A stretch of DNA of 35,878 bases from Cyanophora paradoxa CCMP329 (GCA_004431415.1 QPMI01000488.1:1-35878), one strand, 5' to 3'. Shown: positions 9,401 through 20,644, numbered from the stretch's first letter. Program-made: numbers and translations. Notes: generated from the sequence alone by a model not told the origin.

Positions 9401-11984
9401 AACATAATGATTATTCAAATACAATCTTTCAGGTGTATTACTCGATTGGTAAAGTGTGACTCCATTAAAAACATTTCCGATTGCATTCAACTGTGCAAAC
9501 ACTGGTTGTTGATCGATTTCACTCCAAGGGTGTCTGTGATTGCAGTTGGTGATCTGGGAATAATCATGACTGTGTGGATCAGGTGGAAAGGTTAATGGTG
9601 GATTCGTGATATGTTCCCATAAATGCTCATGGGGACTGGGTGGGAAGGTTAATGGTGGATTTGTTATATGCTCCCATAAATGCTCATGTGCAAAATCTGT
9701 TATTTCATCTTTTGTGTGGGTGTGGTTATCGATCCAACCTAAAACTACATTGGATGTAGGATGATTTGGTAGATTCGCTTCAATATTCACAGTCAAATAG
9801 TCAACTTCTAGATTACTTCCGTAAATATTACTTGCCCATAGGTTACTTGTGAAAATATTACTTGTATAAAGGTTACTGGTGTAAATGTTACTTGTGACTG
9901 TAAGGTTTGTGTCATTTTTGATCACAAAAAGAGAAAGAATATTTGTGAGTTCACCTTCATCAATATATCCTTGCTCTTCTAAATAATCCTCTGTGACCAC
10001 TCTCGAAATATTTTCATTGTGTATGTTTTTTGCAGCCATCCTCTGATTGGATTCCAGAACCCCACCATAGTTGGTTTTAATCCATGCAAGCTCTGCTCTC
10101 CCATAATTATCATTTGCAGTTCCCACTATGGGAATGTAGGAATATTTATCTCTGCTGAATACTATCATTGGTCTTGAGCCATCTAAACTGCTTACATCTG
10201 CTACATGAACCTGTATAGCAGAGTTGTAATTTTGGTAGGTTGCTGGGTCTGTTGGGACTCTGAATGTATCTGTGGGAATGTCAGCCTCCATGTAGCTTGA
10301 CACAAAGATATTTGGTATGGTTGCTCCTGGTTCAGGTGGTGGATTATAAGAGCCTGGTAATGTCCTAATATGAAGTGGTCCTCTCATAGCTGAATTCGCA
10401 AGTGTCCCATTCACATGTACATAGTGTTCATTCAAAAAGATTCTTTCTGGGACATTACAAGTCTGATAAAGAGAAACCCCCAAGTTATCAAGAGGCTCTA
10501 CCTTTGCGAATTCTGGTTGGTCATTAATCTCATCCCAAGTATGTTCATGTTTGCTTGGTGGGAACTCAGTTGGAATCCCATCAATTTCACCCCAATCATG
10601 CCTGTGATCCTCTGGTGGATACTTTTGAGGTTTGCCTAAGATCTCATCCCAATCATGATTGTGATCCTCTGGGGGATACTTTGCAGGTTTATTATTAATT
10701 TGTTCATAATCAGGGAAGAACTCCCAGATCTCAGGTCGAAATCCATCTGGTAACAATTCCTCATGGGGTTCATAAGGTTGCTCATAGTCAACAGCTGGTG
10801 GATCATGACCATCTGGTAAATACTCCTCATCAGGTTCATAGTTCTGTTCATACTCATATTCTTGTGGGTCAAAACCATCTGGGAGTATCTCCTCCTCATT
10901 GGGGTCAAACTGATCATACTCATATTCTTGTGGGTCGAAACCATCTGGTAAATACTCTTCCTCATCTGGAACGAATTGATATTCATCAAGCTCTAATATA
11001 TCGACTTCAGGAGGTAAATACTGCTCATCTATTTGCTTTCTGGGTTCAATTATAGGTTTATTGCGAACTTGCTCCCAACTAACAATATGCTGCCCAAAGG
11101 CTACATCTTCAGTTGCTGTGTATTCTCTTCCAGGCTGTTTCTTTGGTGTTAAATCGGGAGGTCCATTTGGAAATGGAATAGGGAATGGAACTGTTGGTCC
11201 ATTGGGACCATAATGCTCAATTATTTCCCTTAGAGTTTTCTCACTCACAAGTTTCTCCCCATTTGCATACACATTGCTGCCATGGATATTTCGCCATTGC
11301 CTGGTTCTAATTCCAAGGTCTTTCACATTGCTATACAAAGGCAAAAGGTGCCTATCCATTTCGACTAAATCAGGATGTAAATGGATTGCTACTGGTTGAC
11401 TGGGGCTACTGTTGATTGTAATTGATGGCTTTTTTGATGGACATCTTTTGGAGTAAAAAACCCAAAAGGCTCATTCCTCGCAAAGTCATATGTAATATCC
11501 TTGGGGTATACATCATTTGTGTAGGAGACCTGATTTGTGTTGGCAATGGGACCCACTTGCAATACTTGGGGACCTCAGCTTTTGCAGTGCTGCCCTCATT
11601 GTAAATTCGCAAAGCTGTGTTCTGTTTGCCCTGCTCATCTTGAACATTGAAAATCAATCGACCACTATCGAACCTGGAAGGTATATCTGGGTGAGTGCCA
11701 CTGGTTTTTAGTTTCCTAGGTCTCCTTCTTGTTGCTTTGATCTCTGCCACTTGGTTTGCTTTCACATTACCCAAACTAAAGGCTACACTGACATCCTCTT
11801 TATCTGGATCGGTTTGATTCACAGATAAAGCATGCTCCCTTGATTGAGTCTTTGATGAATTATCAGAGCTGTGGTCAATTGAAACTGAACCCTTTACTTT
11901 AATATTATCAAAGTTCACATGCTTGGTGCTGCTTGCATTATCATCTTGAATGGTTTCTAGATTTGGTGGGTAATTGAAGCTCAT
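6500..11984 (-). CDS. Giant fibre/spike-like protein with C-terminal peptidase S74 intramolecular chaperone; probably one ORF of about 1800 aa broken by indels
   Basis: Six abutting minus-strand ORFs. The C-terminus has SDRRYKTDIKKI...LGLIAQDVQQVIPEVV...YTGLIPVLIEAVKEL (S74). It also has HxHxWxxIxxxP fibre repeats, TSN(I/L)Y pentapeptide repeats, acidic LPDGFDP repeats and a triplicated CRYF(D/E)I domain. It could be two or three genes. Confidence 0.78.
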
Positions 11985-12027
11985 GGCTTTTACTATATGG
12001 ATTTATAAAATTCCTGATAAGTAAAAG

Positions 12028-13582
12028 ATGCCTCTCAAGGTCGTTTTAAGTCTTTCTGGCGGGGGTGCAAGGGGCATTATCATAACCAGGCTGCTAAAAG
12101 AAATCGAAAATCGAACTGGCAGGAGAATAATCGATCTTGTGGATCTTGTGAGTGGAACTTCCACTGGTGGGATCATTGCAATAGGTTTGAATATAAGGCA
12201 TCCTGATAGACCAGGTGAACCTAAACTGACAGCAAACGATTTACACAATATTTACCTAACTCAACTGCCTTTGATTTTCGCAAATCCTCGAAATATCATT
12301 GAAAATGCCCTATTTAACACAAAGTATGATGTGGGACCCTTGGAGACTGCAATCAATTCAGTTACTGGGGAATCACTAATACAGGATTCCCTAAAGGACA
12401 TTGTGATCACATCCTTTGATACTCAGAATATGAAACCAATATTTATCACAAATGATAACAATTACAGCTTTCTGCCTTGTAAGATTGCTGCTAGGGCTAC
12501 CTCTGCTGCTCCTACATATTTCTCTCCTGTAAGCATTGTTGATTTCAATCGGGGAGTATTTGTCTGTCTCATTGATGGTGCCATTTCGGGAAACAATAAT
12601 CCCAGTGTGTGTGGTTACAGCCATGCAAAGAAGATTTACAGTGATGATGATGATATTATAGTAATAAGCATCTCTTGTGGAGAGGTGGACCCACATTTAG
12701 AGTCTGATTATGTGGGTTATGCTTATGAGACTGTGAACAGCTGGGCATTCTCTCATGGATTGCCTCAACAGATGGAAGCCCATTGATTAACATGCTCATG
12801 GCTGCAAGTGAGCTTTCTGCCCTTGATAAGATGGAGGAGTTGTTACCCTACAACTATGATCAGGATTATGGGAGATACTATAGGCTATCAGTCCCACTTC
12901 CAAATCATATAGTAAGCTCCCTGGATGACACTTCTAAAATCCCAGACATGCTTGCATTCACTGAAACCTACATAGCAGCAAACAATGATATGATTAATAA
13001 GCTTTGCAGCCTACTAGTAGCAAACTATGAACTGAAGAACCCTTCAAAGGCTTACATTTCATCCACTCTCACTACATCACCTCCTTTGGATGCCAATTGG
13101 TATCAGCTTGCAGATGATGCCTTTACTGCCTCATCCTCTGTGACAGGTAAAGAGCCTTTCATGGCTAGACCTTCAGCATTTGGCTGGGAAGCTGGAGCCT
13201 ATGCTCCTGAACAGATATGGGAAAACCCCACTGAATACCTTCAAGTTGCTTTTCCATATACTTTTGAACTCTCCTCTGTGATTGCCTATGGATCAGGGAC
13301 ACCAATGCTTTTATTAAGACTTTCAATGTGGCAACATCCACTGATGGGATCAACTGGTCTTTTATTCGATCAGATGGGCAAAACAAAATATATGTCTGTG
13401 AGAACATTAACAATGCTCACAACTCTGGTGATGTGGCTCTATTGAGTGGGTTCCCTCTCAGCATCAAGGATGCTTTTTACATAGGTTATTCTCTGAGAAT
13501 AAGATATATTCGCATTTATCCCCTTGTGTATGTGAATGCTCCCACAATGAGAGTTGACTTTACAGGTGCCTTTATTCGATAA
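12028..13582 (+). CDS. Patatin-like phospholipase fused to a C-terminal F5/8 type C (discoidin) domain
   Basis: Patatin motifs SGGGARG, GTSTG (catalytic Ser), ARATSAAPTYF and IDGA (catalytic Asp), then RYYRL. Discoidin motifs FTASS, EYLQVAF, STDGINW, RYIRIYP and MRVDF. Joined across indels near 12760 and 13310. Confidence 0.85.
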
Positions 13583-14501
13583 ACTCCAACTGAAAAGAAT
13601 TATCGATTCCATTCATATCAATCAGTTCACCAAAGTAATCTTTAAACTCCACAGTGAGTTCCCTTATCACCAGGTTTCTGTCATTGATTTGAATAAATTC
13701 TGCATGTTCACCACTATGGTAAACATAGCCCCCTATATCTTTACTCAATTGCAATCTAAGGATAGCTCCCTGGTTTTGTGGTTGCGATTTTGGAATTATA
13801 TTGTGTCTGCTGGCAAAGGGGACAGCTCTTTAATATGCATGTACAGATACTGCTCAGCATTCATATCAGACATCTTCCTGCTGTCAAAATAATATTGCAA
13901 GGGCTTAGAGGAGAGTCTGGTCCTGAGAAGGTGATTCCCCATGCTGGTGATCAGGTGTAATAGGTTTGCCATCATACTTTAAAAGGTTCTCAGGTCGATA
14001 GGGAGATCCACCAACAGGAGGAGTGCTATAATACCCAGTGGTGTATTCAGTAGAACTTACACCCAAAAGCTTTCCTATTCTCTGGTTGCTTGCAATAAAA
14101 CGAAACTCATGGTTACTGTAAAACTCCACTTTATAGGTTGTTGGGTTGTAGAATATCTTGAACTCAAAAGCTACTGTTTTGCCTGCAATAGTTTGGAAGC
14201 TTGAATAGTTCAGCCCATAATTATAAGGGTGTGTGACCCCAAAATGACCCTGATTGATGTAGCCACTGGGAAGGGGATACACTTGTTGTGTGATCACTTG
14301 GTTATATGAACCATCTTGGTAATTAAACTGAACTGTTAGATGATCAGTTCCCACACTGTTATAGATACTGTTTGGAATCTCTGCATAGAGAACCCTACAT
14401 TCCCTTGGTCTCTCTACTGGAGTTGTGAGGGTGACCCTGTAAGAGTTTTCATTTTGTCCTTGGCTTCTATCCCTGCTATCAATATTAACGAGCCGGTTCA
14501 T
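13572..14501 (-). CDS. Minor capsid (penton) protein 1
   Basis: PLV penton pattern: N-terminal NIDSRDR...YRVTL...AEIPNSIYN and C-terminal LTVEFKDYFGELIDMNGIDNSFQLEF. Frameshift near 13920. Confidence 0.8.
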
Positions 14502-14530
14502 TTTAATATATAAATATAGATAAAAGAAGA

Positions 14531-15541
14531 ATGCCTGTGGATTACATCGAGGTTAGCTCATTTAATACAATCTCTGGTGATGGTCCCACATCAAGCTTTG
14601 TGGCTAGACTCCCCAGTAGTTATGAGAATGTGAGGGCTGTGAGACTGGTCTCAGCCGAATTTTATAACAGTATCCCTATGGTGAGTGGTGAAACCAAAGC
14701 AGGAGATGTGACAGTTGACAATGCATTTAGCATTTATTATTCTGAACAAACTCCTGGAGCTGGAAGCTCAGGAATTCCAACAGTTCGCCCAGCTGCTGAC
14801 TATGAACAATGGAAACAATTCATTATAAGTCGAAACACCCCCATCCAAAGCCACCAGCAACTGGTGAATGTAATTAACTCTAAATTCGAAGGCAGAAATC
14901 CCCAACCATCCATTCGCTGCAAATGGGATGAATCACTGAAACGAATTATATTCCACTCAGCAGTACCATTTTACTTGGCTTTCTCAGTAGCTGTGAACCC
15001 AAGCCAACAAACAATCCAAAAGCTGTTGAGTTCAGCTAGACTGCTGGGTCTTGATCCTGGAAGATATGGTAACTCCCCAATCCAATCACAGGTCTATGAT
15101 GCTCTCACTGATGGAATCTTTACTGGTGGTCGCGTGAATGGCATTATATCTTCTTTTGAGCCTGAGAAGACCAGGGACAGTGTTTTGTTTGTGAGAGTAA
15201 AGGAGCTGGGTGATCTGGTGCAATGTGGGGATGGTCTTCTGACTGGTTACTTTCACAAAATAGTGGTCCCTGATAAAGACTATGGTGAGCATGTTGTTTA
15301 CAATTCAACAGAAGCTCACCCACTTTACAAATACTATAATAAAAAGGTTGGATTATCCACTTTCTCGGTTGATATTGTAAATGCTATTAATGAACCAATT
15401 GATTTTGAGGGTCAACCTGTTCATCTTACCTTTGAAATTCGCTATGGTGATGAGCCAGCTGGGGACCCAGTTTATGAATACTTCAAGATGCGAATGTCAC
15501 AGCTTCACCCTTCCTATCCAGTTATTACAAACTTCGCATAA
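14531..15541 (+). CDS. Minor capsid (penton) protein 2
   Basis: IEVSS...SSFVARLPSSYENVRAVRLVSAEFYNSIP and C-terminal LSTFSVDIVNAINEPIDFEGQPVHLTFEI. Intact 336-aa ORF next to the MCP. Confidence 0.78.
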   Translation: MPVDYIEVSSFNTISGDGPTSSFVARLPSSYENVRAVRLVSAEFYNSIPMVSGETKAGDVTVDNAFSIYYSEQTPGAGSSGIPTVRPAADYEQWKQFIISRNTPIQSHQQLVNVINSKFEGRNPQPSIRCKWDESLKRIIFHSAVPFYLAFSVAVNPSQQTIQKLLSSARLLGLDPGRYGNSPIQSQVYDALTDGIFTGGRVNGIISSFEPEKTRDSVLFVRVKELGDLVQCGDGLLTGYFHKIVVPDKDYGEHVVYNSTEAHPLYKYYNKKVGLSTFSVDIVNAINEPIDFEGQPVHLTFEIRYGDEPAGDPVYEYFKMRMSQLHPSYPVITNFA

Positions 15542-15594
15542 ATTAAGGATCATTGGTAGATTTTTTATGTTGCAGTATAATAAAAGAGAATATA

Positions 15595-16964
15595 ATGGAT
15601 ATCACTTCCACTCTTCAAAGACTTTCGCTGAAAGAAGCCCTAACAACCCCAGAAGAGGCGAAAGCCTTTTTCCTGGATAACTCCCTTATGCTTGGTCTCG
15701 AATCCAAATCTAAGCCAGTTCTAGTTGTTGTGAATCCCAGCAATACTTTTGAGAATAATGTTGGAAATCGCATTTCCTTCAAGCTACCTCGCTACAATTT
15801 CTGTGGAAAACTCGAACTTGCTTTCGACCTTCCAGCCATCACGTTTGCTGGTGATACTGACCTAGTTCGCAATGGATACACTCGCCCAGTTGGTGCTTTA
15901 GTTCAGCGACTTGAAATTACCTATGGATCTTACACCTACCATATTCCATCTGATTTCCTTGCTCATTTCCCCCTGGTCTATTATTCGGAGGATCAACTAG
16001 CTAAAAGAAGCGATCAATGGGCATGGTTCATGGCATCCCTGCTCATGGAACCAACCGCCTTGGTGGCTCATTCTTTGTTGAAATTCCTGTGCCTTGGCTA
16101 AATCACTACCTTCCCCTTGGTGCTTTATCTGGTGAAATGGTTGTTACTGTTTGGTTTAAGGATGCTGGAAAGGGTTATGTTGAAACTTCCTATGGTGGTC
16201 GCTCTCTCCCTGTTGTTGGTGGGACAGTTGCTGATAAGACAGAAGATGATGGTCTTGGTGATACTGCTAATGCCACACTTGCCCATGTTGGTCAAAATAT
16301 CACAACTTTCAGTCTTGGTGCAACAACTCCTGTTATTTCTATTACTTCTCCTCGCCTTTACATGCATGCTGTTAATGTTTCTGATGAGCTTTTCGCTACT
16401 GTAATTGAAAAGGTTAAGACTACTGGCATGGCTATTCCTGCTCTAGACATTGGGTTTGTAGATGCTAGTGCTTTCCCTGCCAAGGGCAATGCCCAACCCA
16501 ATCGAATTAACCTCTCTCAAATCTCAGGTCTTGTATATGCTCTGCTTGTTTCAGTTCGTGATCATGAAACTGTTGACAAATCCAATGGCTCCCACAGTGT
16601 TCTTAAGACCTATGCCAACTCCAAAGACATCACATTCACAACTGAAATAAATGGACAGCGACTTTTTGCCACTGAGCCAATTTCCCTACTCAAAGGTGCT
16701 GAGCTAATTGCTGATGCCTTCAAATGCTCTAACATGGATAAGGTTGCTGATCGCTATGTCCTTTCAGGACTCCCATTCTGCCTTGATGGAGAAAAGGCAA
16801 TTCGAAATATTGCTCAAAGTGGATTTGTTGACCTGACAAATTCCTCATCTTCATTCCTCACCCTCTACATGCCTTCAGATAAGACAATTGATGTTAATGT
16901 TCGCGCTCTCATGCATAGCTTCATTATTGTAGACAAAGATGGATTACGTCGTATAAATTTGTAG
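15595..16964 (+). CDS. Major capsid protein (probable double jelly-roll)
   Basis: About 455 aa after joining one indel near 16015. Beta-rich, with GNRISFKLPR...LELAFDLP...LVQRLEITYG and a second half INLSQISGLVYALLVSVR...FTTEINGQRL. It lies between a penton and the ATPase. The fold is inferred. Confidence 0.72.
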
Positions 16965-17037
16965 TAATCTTACCATTTCTCGTAAGGCATTTAAAGAAAA
17001 AATGATTATTTATTTTTGAAATCTTTTACAAAGTAAA

Positions 17038-17970
17038 ATGTCTTATACTACTAAGTCCTTTATCGAAAAAGCTGTCGAAGTGCATGGCTATAATTATGAT
17101 TACTCTAAAGTTATCTATGAAGGGACCATGAAGAAGATTAATATTATATGCAACACCTGCAAGACTGAGTTTTGGCAAGCTGCTCATAGTCATATTAATC
17201 AGAAATGTGGTTGTCCCTCATGTGGGAATATTAAAAAGGGAATGTCAAATAGATTAACCACTGAACAGTTTGTCAAAAGAGCGACGGAAAAGCATGGAGA
17301 TCTTTATGACTATTCAGAATCTGTTTATATTAAGGGAGAAGACCCTATTAAAATATTCTGTAAGAAATGTCAAGAGTATTTCAATCAAAAGCCACACAAA
17401 CACATGCATGGTGATGGGCATGCAAAATGTAAAATGGATCGCATCAAAGATAAGTTGCAAATGGGGATTGAGAAATTCACAGAGAGAGCTTTGAAACTCT
17501 ATGGAGATAACTACGATTTATCTAAAGTTGAGTATGTAAATGCAAGAACAAAAGTTACCATTATCTGTAAAAAGTGTGATCTTGAATTCAAAAAGACAAC
17601 AAGTGATTTTCTCAATGGGTATGGCTGTCTGTCATGTAGATCGTCTATTGGTGAGACGAAAGTTCAAGCAGCCCTAAAAGAAATTGGTTTAGACTTCTCA
17701 ATATCCCACAGATTTCCTGATTGCAAGCATAAAAGAGTTCTCCCATTCGATATTTATATTCCATCTCTCAAAATTGCAATTGAATATGATGGTATACAAC
17801 ATTTCAAACCTGTGGAACAGTTTGGAGGTCAGAAGGCCTTTGAAGATACCCAAATTCGTGATGGAATTAAAAATCGGTACTGTGAAGCTAATAATATCAA
17901 ACTCCTGAGAATCCCATACACTGAAACTGATATTGAGGGTTGCATTAAACGATTCCTATCTAACCTGTAA
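17038..17970 (+). CDS. Zn-ribbon repeat protein with C-terminal PD-(D/E)xK (Vsr/DUF559-like) endonuclease
   Basis: Three FxxxAxxxHG-Y-DYS-CxxC repeats, then SIGE...LPFDIYIP...IAIEYDGIQHF...RDGIKNRYC...IKLLRIPY, a type common in giant viruses and phages. Confidence 0.85.
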   Translation: MSYTTKSFIEKAVEVHGYNYDYSKVIYEGTMKKINIICNTCKTEFWQAAHSHINQKCGCPSCGNIKKGMSNRLTTEQFVKRATEKHGDLYDYSESVYIKGEDPIKIFCKKCQEYFNQKPHKHMHGDGHAKCKMDRIKDKLQMGIEKFTERALKLYGDNYDLSKVEYVNARTKVTIICKKCDLEFKKTTSDFLNGYGCLSCRSSIGETKVQAALKEIGLDFSISHRFPDCKHKRVLPFDIYIPSLKIAIEYDGIQHFKPVEQFGGQKAFEDTQIRDGIKNRYCEANNIKLLRIPYTETDIEGCIKRFLSNL

Positions 17971-18026
17971 ACCATATTCAGTCACCTTGCATTATTTTTA
18001 TCTGTTTCTTTATAGAAAGATACACA

Positions 18027-18821
18027 ATGCCAATACCAAGTTCTGATCTGGATGAATTTGTGGCTGGTGAAATGATAGAACCCCCTTTCAGACTACTCAT
18101 ACTCGGAAAAAGTGGATGCGGAAAAACAGAAGCTGTAAAATATTATTTGAAACAGCTGCATGATGCCAAAAAGATTGATACAACCCTTATTATATCCGCT
18201 ACCTCATTTTCACATTTTTGGGACAAAGCTGCTACTGTTCAACTGGGTGCATGGGATCCCCAATACATGTCGAAAATTATAAAAGAAAGAGAGGCAAAAA
18301 GGGAGAAAGGAGAAGAACTTAACCATATGCTGGTGATTTTAGAGGATATGATAGAAAATGACCAGCTGGATCTCAGTCGAGATAAAACAGTTGGAATGCT
18401 TTATGTTCGTGGCAGACATGTGAATATATCAATAATAACTATCTCTCAGAAATTACGAAAGGTTGCAAGTGTAATTCGCTGCAATAGTGATATAGTAATT
18501 ATGGTTTGTGCAAGCAATCAAAAAGAGCTGGAAGCATTTGCAGAGGAGTTTTCGACATTTCCTCGAAAAGAAGATTTCTATAAACTGTTTGAAGAGTATG
18601 TCCACTCATACCAGTTCCTTGTTTATACATCTTTCAAGTATAATGTGGGCTACTATGTTGATAAAGCCGATTTAGTTGGAGATTTCGATTTTCCTCGCTT
18701 CCACAGGAAGCCCAAGAAGAAAGAAGATGAACTGAAACCACCAGAGAAAGAGGAAGCCCCTAAAGAAGTGAAAAGCCAAGTCCATAGCAATAAATTGATG
18801 CGATATAAACGCGGTTTATAA
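18027..18821 (+). CDS. A32-like (FtsK/HerA superfamily) genome packaging ATPase
   Basis: Walker A GKSGCGKT, Walker B LVILED, RGRHVNISIITISQ and IRCN. Confidence 0.92.
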   Translation: MPIPSSDLDEFVAGEMIEPPFRLLILGKSGCGKTEAVKYYLKQLHDAKKIDTTLIISATSFSHFWDKAATVQLGAWDPQYMSKIIKEREAKREKGEELNHMLVILEDMIENDQLDLSRDKTVGMLYVRGRHVNISIITISQKLRKVASVIRCNSDIVIMVCASNQKELEAFAEEFSTFPRKEDFYKLFEEYVHSYQFLVYTSFKYNVGYYVDKADLVGDFDFPRFHRKPKKKEDELKPPEKEEAPKEVKSQVHSNKLMRYKRGL

Positions 18822-18849
18822 AATTATCTCTCATTCTAATAAAGATACA

Positions 18850-19583
18850 ATGCCTCCCAAACGAAAGATAGGGATTCCAGCTGGGGCTGTTGGCTATTCA
18901 GGTGGTGGAAACAATGGATCCATTAATACTGAACCAATGAAATTCAATGGTATGAATGAGGTGAAGCCCTCACAGCAAGAAGAAGACCCCTCAATGCTGC
19001 CTATGAGGAATCAGTTGATGACAAAGCCCCACAGGCTTCAACCAGTGACCAACTCAACATCTCACCAGAAGCCTCAAAAATGAAAGCTGTTGCTGAGGGT
19101 GCCAGGCGAATTATTGGGGCTGCTGATGACAAAGGTTTAGGCTTGCAAGATCTTTCACTGGCTCGCAAAGGTGAGGGTCTTAGTAAGGAATCAGACAAGG
19201 TAATTCAGTCTATGGCTGGTGAAGTCACATACAAGACTGCTCCCACTCAAAATATTCATCGAATTCCCAAGGCTCAATGGGATGAGATGACTGCTAAACT
19301 CAAAGATCTGGAAGCCAAATCAAGTGCCTTGGAGCAGTATGTTACTGAGAAGAAAGAGAGATCCAAGCTAAAGGAGATGCTTCGAAAGGAAGTTTATAAA
19401 ATGGGCATTACTGGTGTCCCAGATAAACAGTTTATTGCTAAGAAAGAGAACCAAATTGATGAGCAGGCAGTAGATGAAATGAAAACAAAGACCCAGAAGG
19501 GAACTATTGAACCTGGTGCCACCAAAGCTGAAGTCGAAAAGGGAGTAGCCCCAACAGTATATAAAAGACGAGTTTGGCTTTAA
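18850..19583 (+). CDS. Hypothetical Lys/Glu-rich protein (frameshift near 18990), possible core protein
   Basis: ORFs 18850-19083 and 19080-19583 overlap. Starts MPPKRK (NLS-like) and has a coiled-coil C-terminal half. Confidence 0.55.
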
Positions 19584-19605
19584 TTTTCTCTGTTTTATTA
19601 GAGAC

Positions 19606-19878
19606 ATGGATATAATACGAAAGTTTATTGAGATGCTCAGTCTGCATGTGGTGAGCAATTGCCACAGTGGATGCTGTGACACAACAATAGAGTTTGAGAT
19701 GTCAGATACTGAGGATAATGTATCTGAGGCAAGAGAGAGAAGGAGATCAACAGTTTCAGTGGAGTCAATGCCAGCAGACCCCACAGAGTATACATATGAG
19801 CAACAGGAGTATCCAAGGAGAAGTTCTCTGCCAGCAGAAAACGTTTTCTCTGGGAATATAAATGGAGGACACTATTAG
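19606..19878 (+). CDS. Hypothetical protein
   Basis: 90-aa ATG ORF in a tightly packed gene run, with a CHSGCC motif. Confidence 0.55.
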   Translation: MDIIRKFIEMLSLHVVSNCHSGCCDTTIEFEMSDTEDNVSEARERRRSTVSVESMPADPTEYTYEQQEYPRRSSLPAENVFSGNINGGHY

Positions 19879-20107
19879 TTTAATCGAGTTTACCAGTGAT
19901 GAACCTGTTACTGAGGGTTCTATTAGACACATTCTAGCAATGCAGAAACGATATAGAGAGGACCCAGCATATAGAGAGTATAAAAAGCAGCAAGCCCTGG
20001 CATCCTATTATCGCAGAAAAGCCCAAAAAGAGGAGCAGAGACCAAGAGGGAGACCGATTAAATATTATTTGCCTACTGAAAGTAGCAATGGACCCCCAGG
20101 TCTATAA
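19862..20107 (+). CDS. Small basic hypothetical protein with AT-hook-like RPRGRP motif
   Basis: QKRYREDPAYREYKKQQALASYYRRK...RPRGRP suggests DNA binding. Confidence 0.6.
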   Translation: MEDTISLIEFTSDEPVTEGSIRHILAMQKRYREDPAYREYKKQQALASYYRRKAQKEEQRPRGRPIKYYLPTESSNGPPGL

Positions 20108-20148
20108 GATAATTGAGAAAAAGCGGTCTCAGTATGCCACTGAGGCAG

Positions 20149-20415
20149 CTATAAAAATATATACAAAGGAATTGGCTTTATACTTGCAATCAAGTCACAG
20201 ATAAGTTTTGTAAATATGCTTTTGTTGTTTTTGTTTGCATTCTCAGACACTGAAACAGTAATGTGAATGTTTACTGATCTATTTCTCTTTGGTTTAGCTG
20301 CATACATATTGTAACCTATCAATCTCTGTGACATTTCGATATATGCCCCTATATCTCCATGCTTTATGCATTTATCTAACTCAGTCATGGTCATCTCATC
20401 AAGAGTCTTTGCCAT
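20149..20415 (-). CDS. Hypothetical protein
   Basis: ATG at 20415 (MAKTLDEM...) is preceded by the ACTTAAG...TATAG motif shared with other genes. Confidence 0.55.
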   Translation of the reverse strand: MAKTLDEMTMTELDKCIKHGDIGAYIEMSQRLIGYNMYAAKPKRNRSVNIHITVSVSENANKNNKSIFTKLICDLIASIKPIPLYIFL

Positions 20416-20482
20416 TTTGTCTTCACTATACACAATCAAGTAAGCCTTAAGTATTCTTGTCAAATTTTGGTCATTTTCGATA

Positions 20483-20625
20483 GGTGTGACAGGTGTGACA
20501 GGTGTGACAGGTCTATCCCATCGATTTTGAAAATCAACTTTTCACCAGGGCTTTCCTTGGGATGGACCTGTCACACCTGTCACACAAACCATTTTCAGTA
20601 AGGCTATAAAAATATATGTAAATCT
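20483..20625. repeat. Internal copy of TIR module A directly downstream of the primase-helicase (putative origin)
   Basis: (GGTGTGACA)x3, core, (CCTGTCACA)x2. The 53-nt core differs at about 7 positions from the TIR copy. The flank ACCATTTTCAGTAAGG matches the TIR flank ACCATATTCAGTAAGG. Confidence 0.8.
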
Positions 20626-20644
20626 CAATCATTAATCGTTTTCT

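Noticed and set aside
6500-11984. Bacteriophage prophage or bacterial contamination
   Set aside because: The phage-like fibre lies inside TIRs with a TSD in a spliced eukaryotic gene, alongside pPolB, RVE integrase and A32 ATPase.
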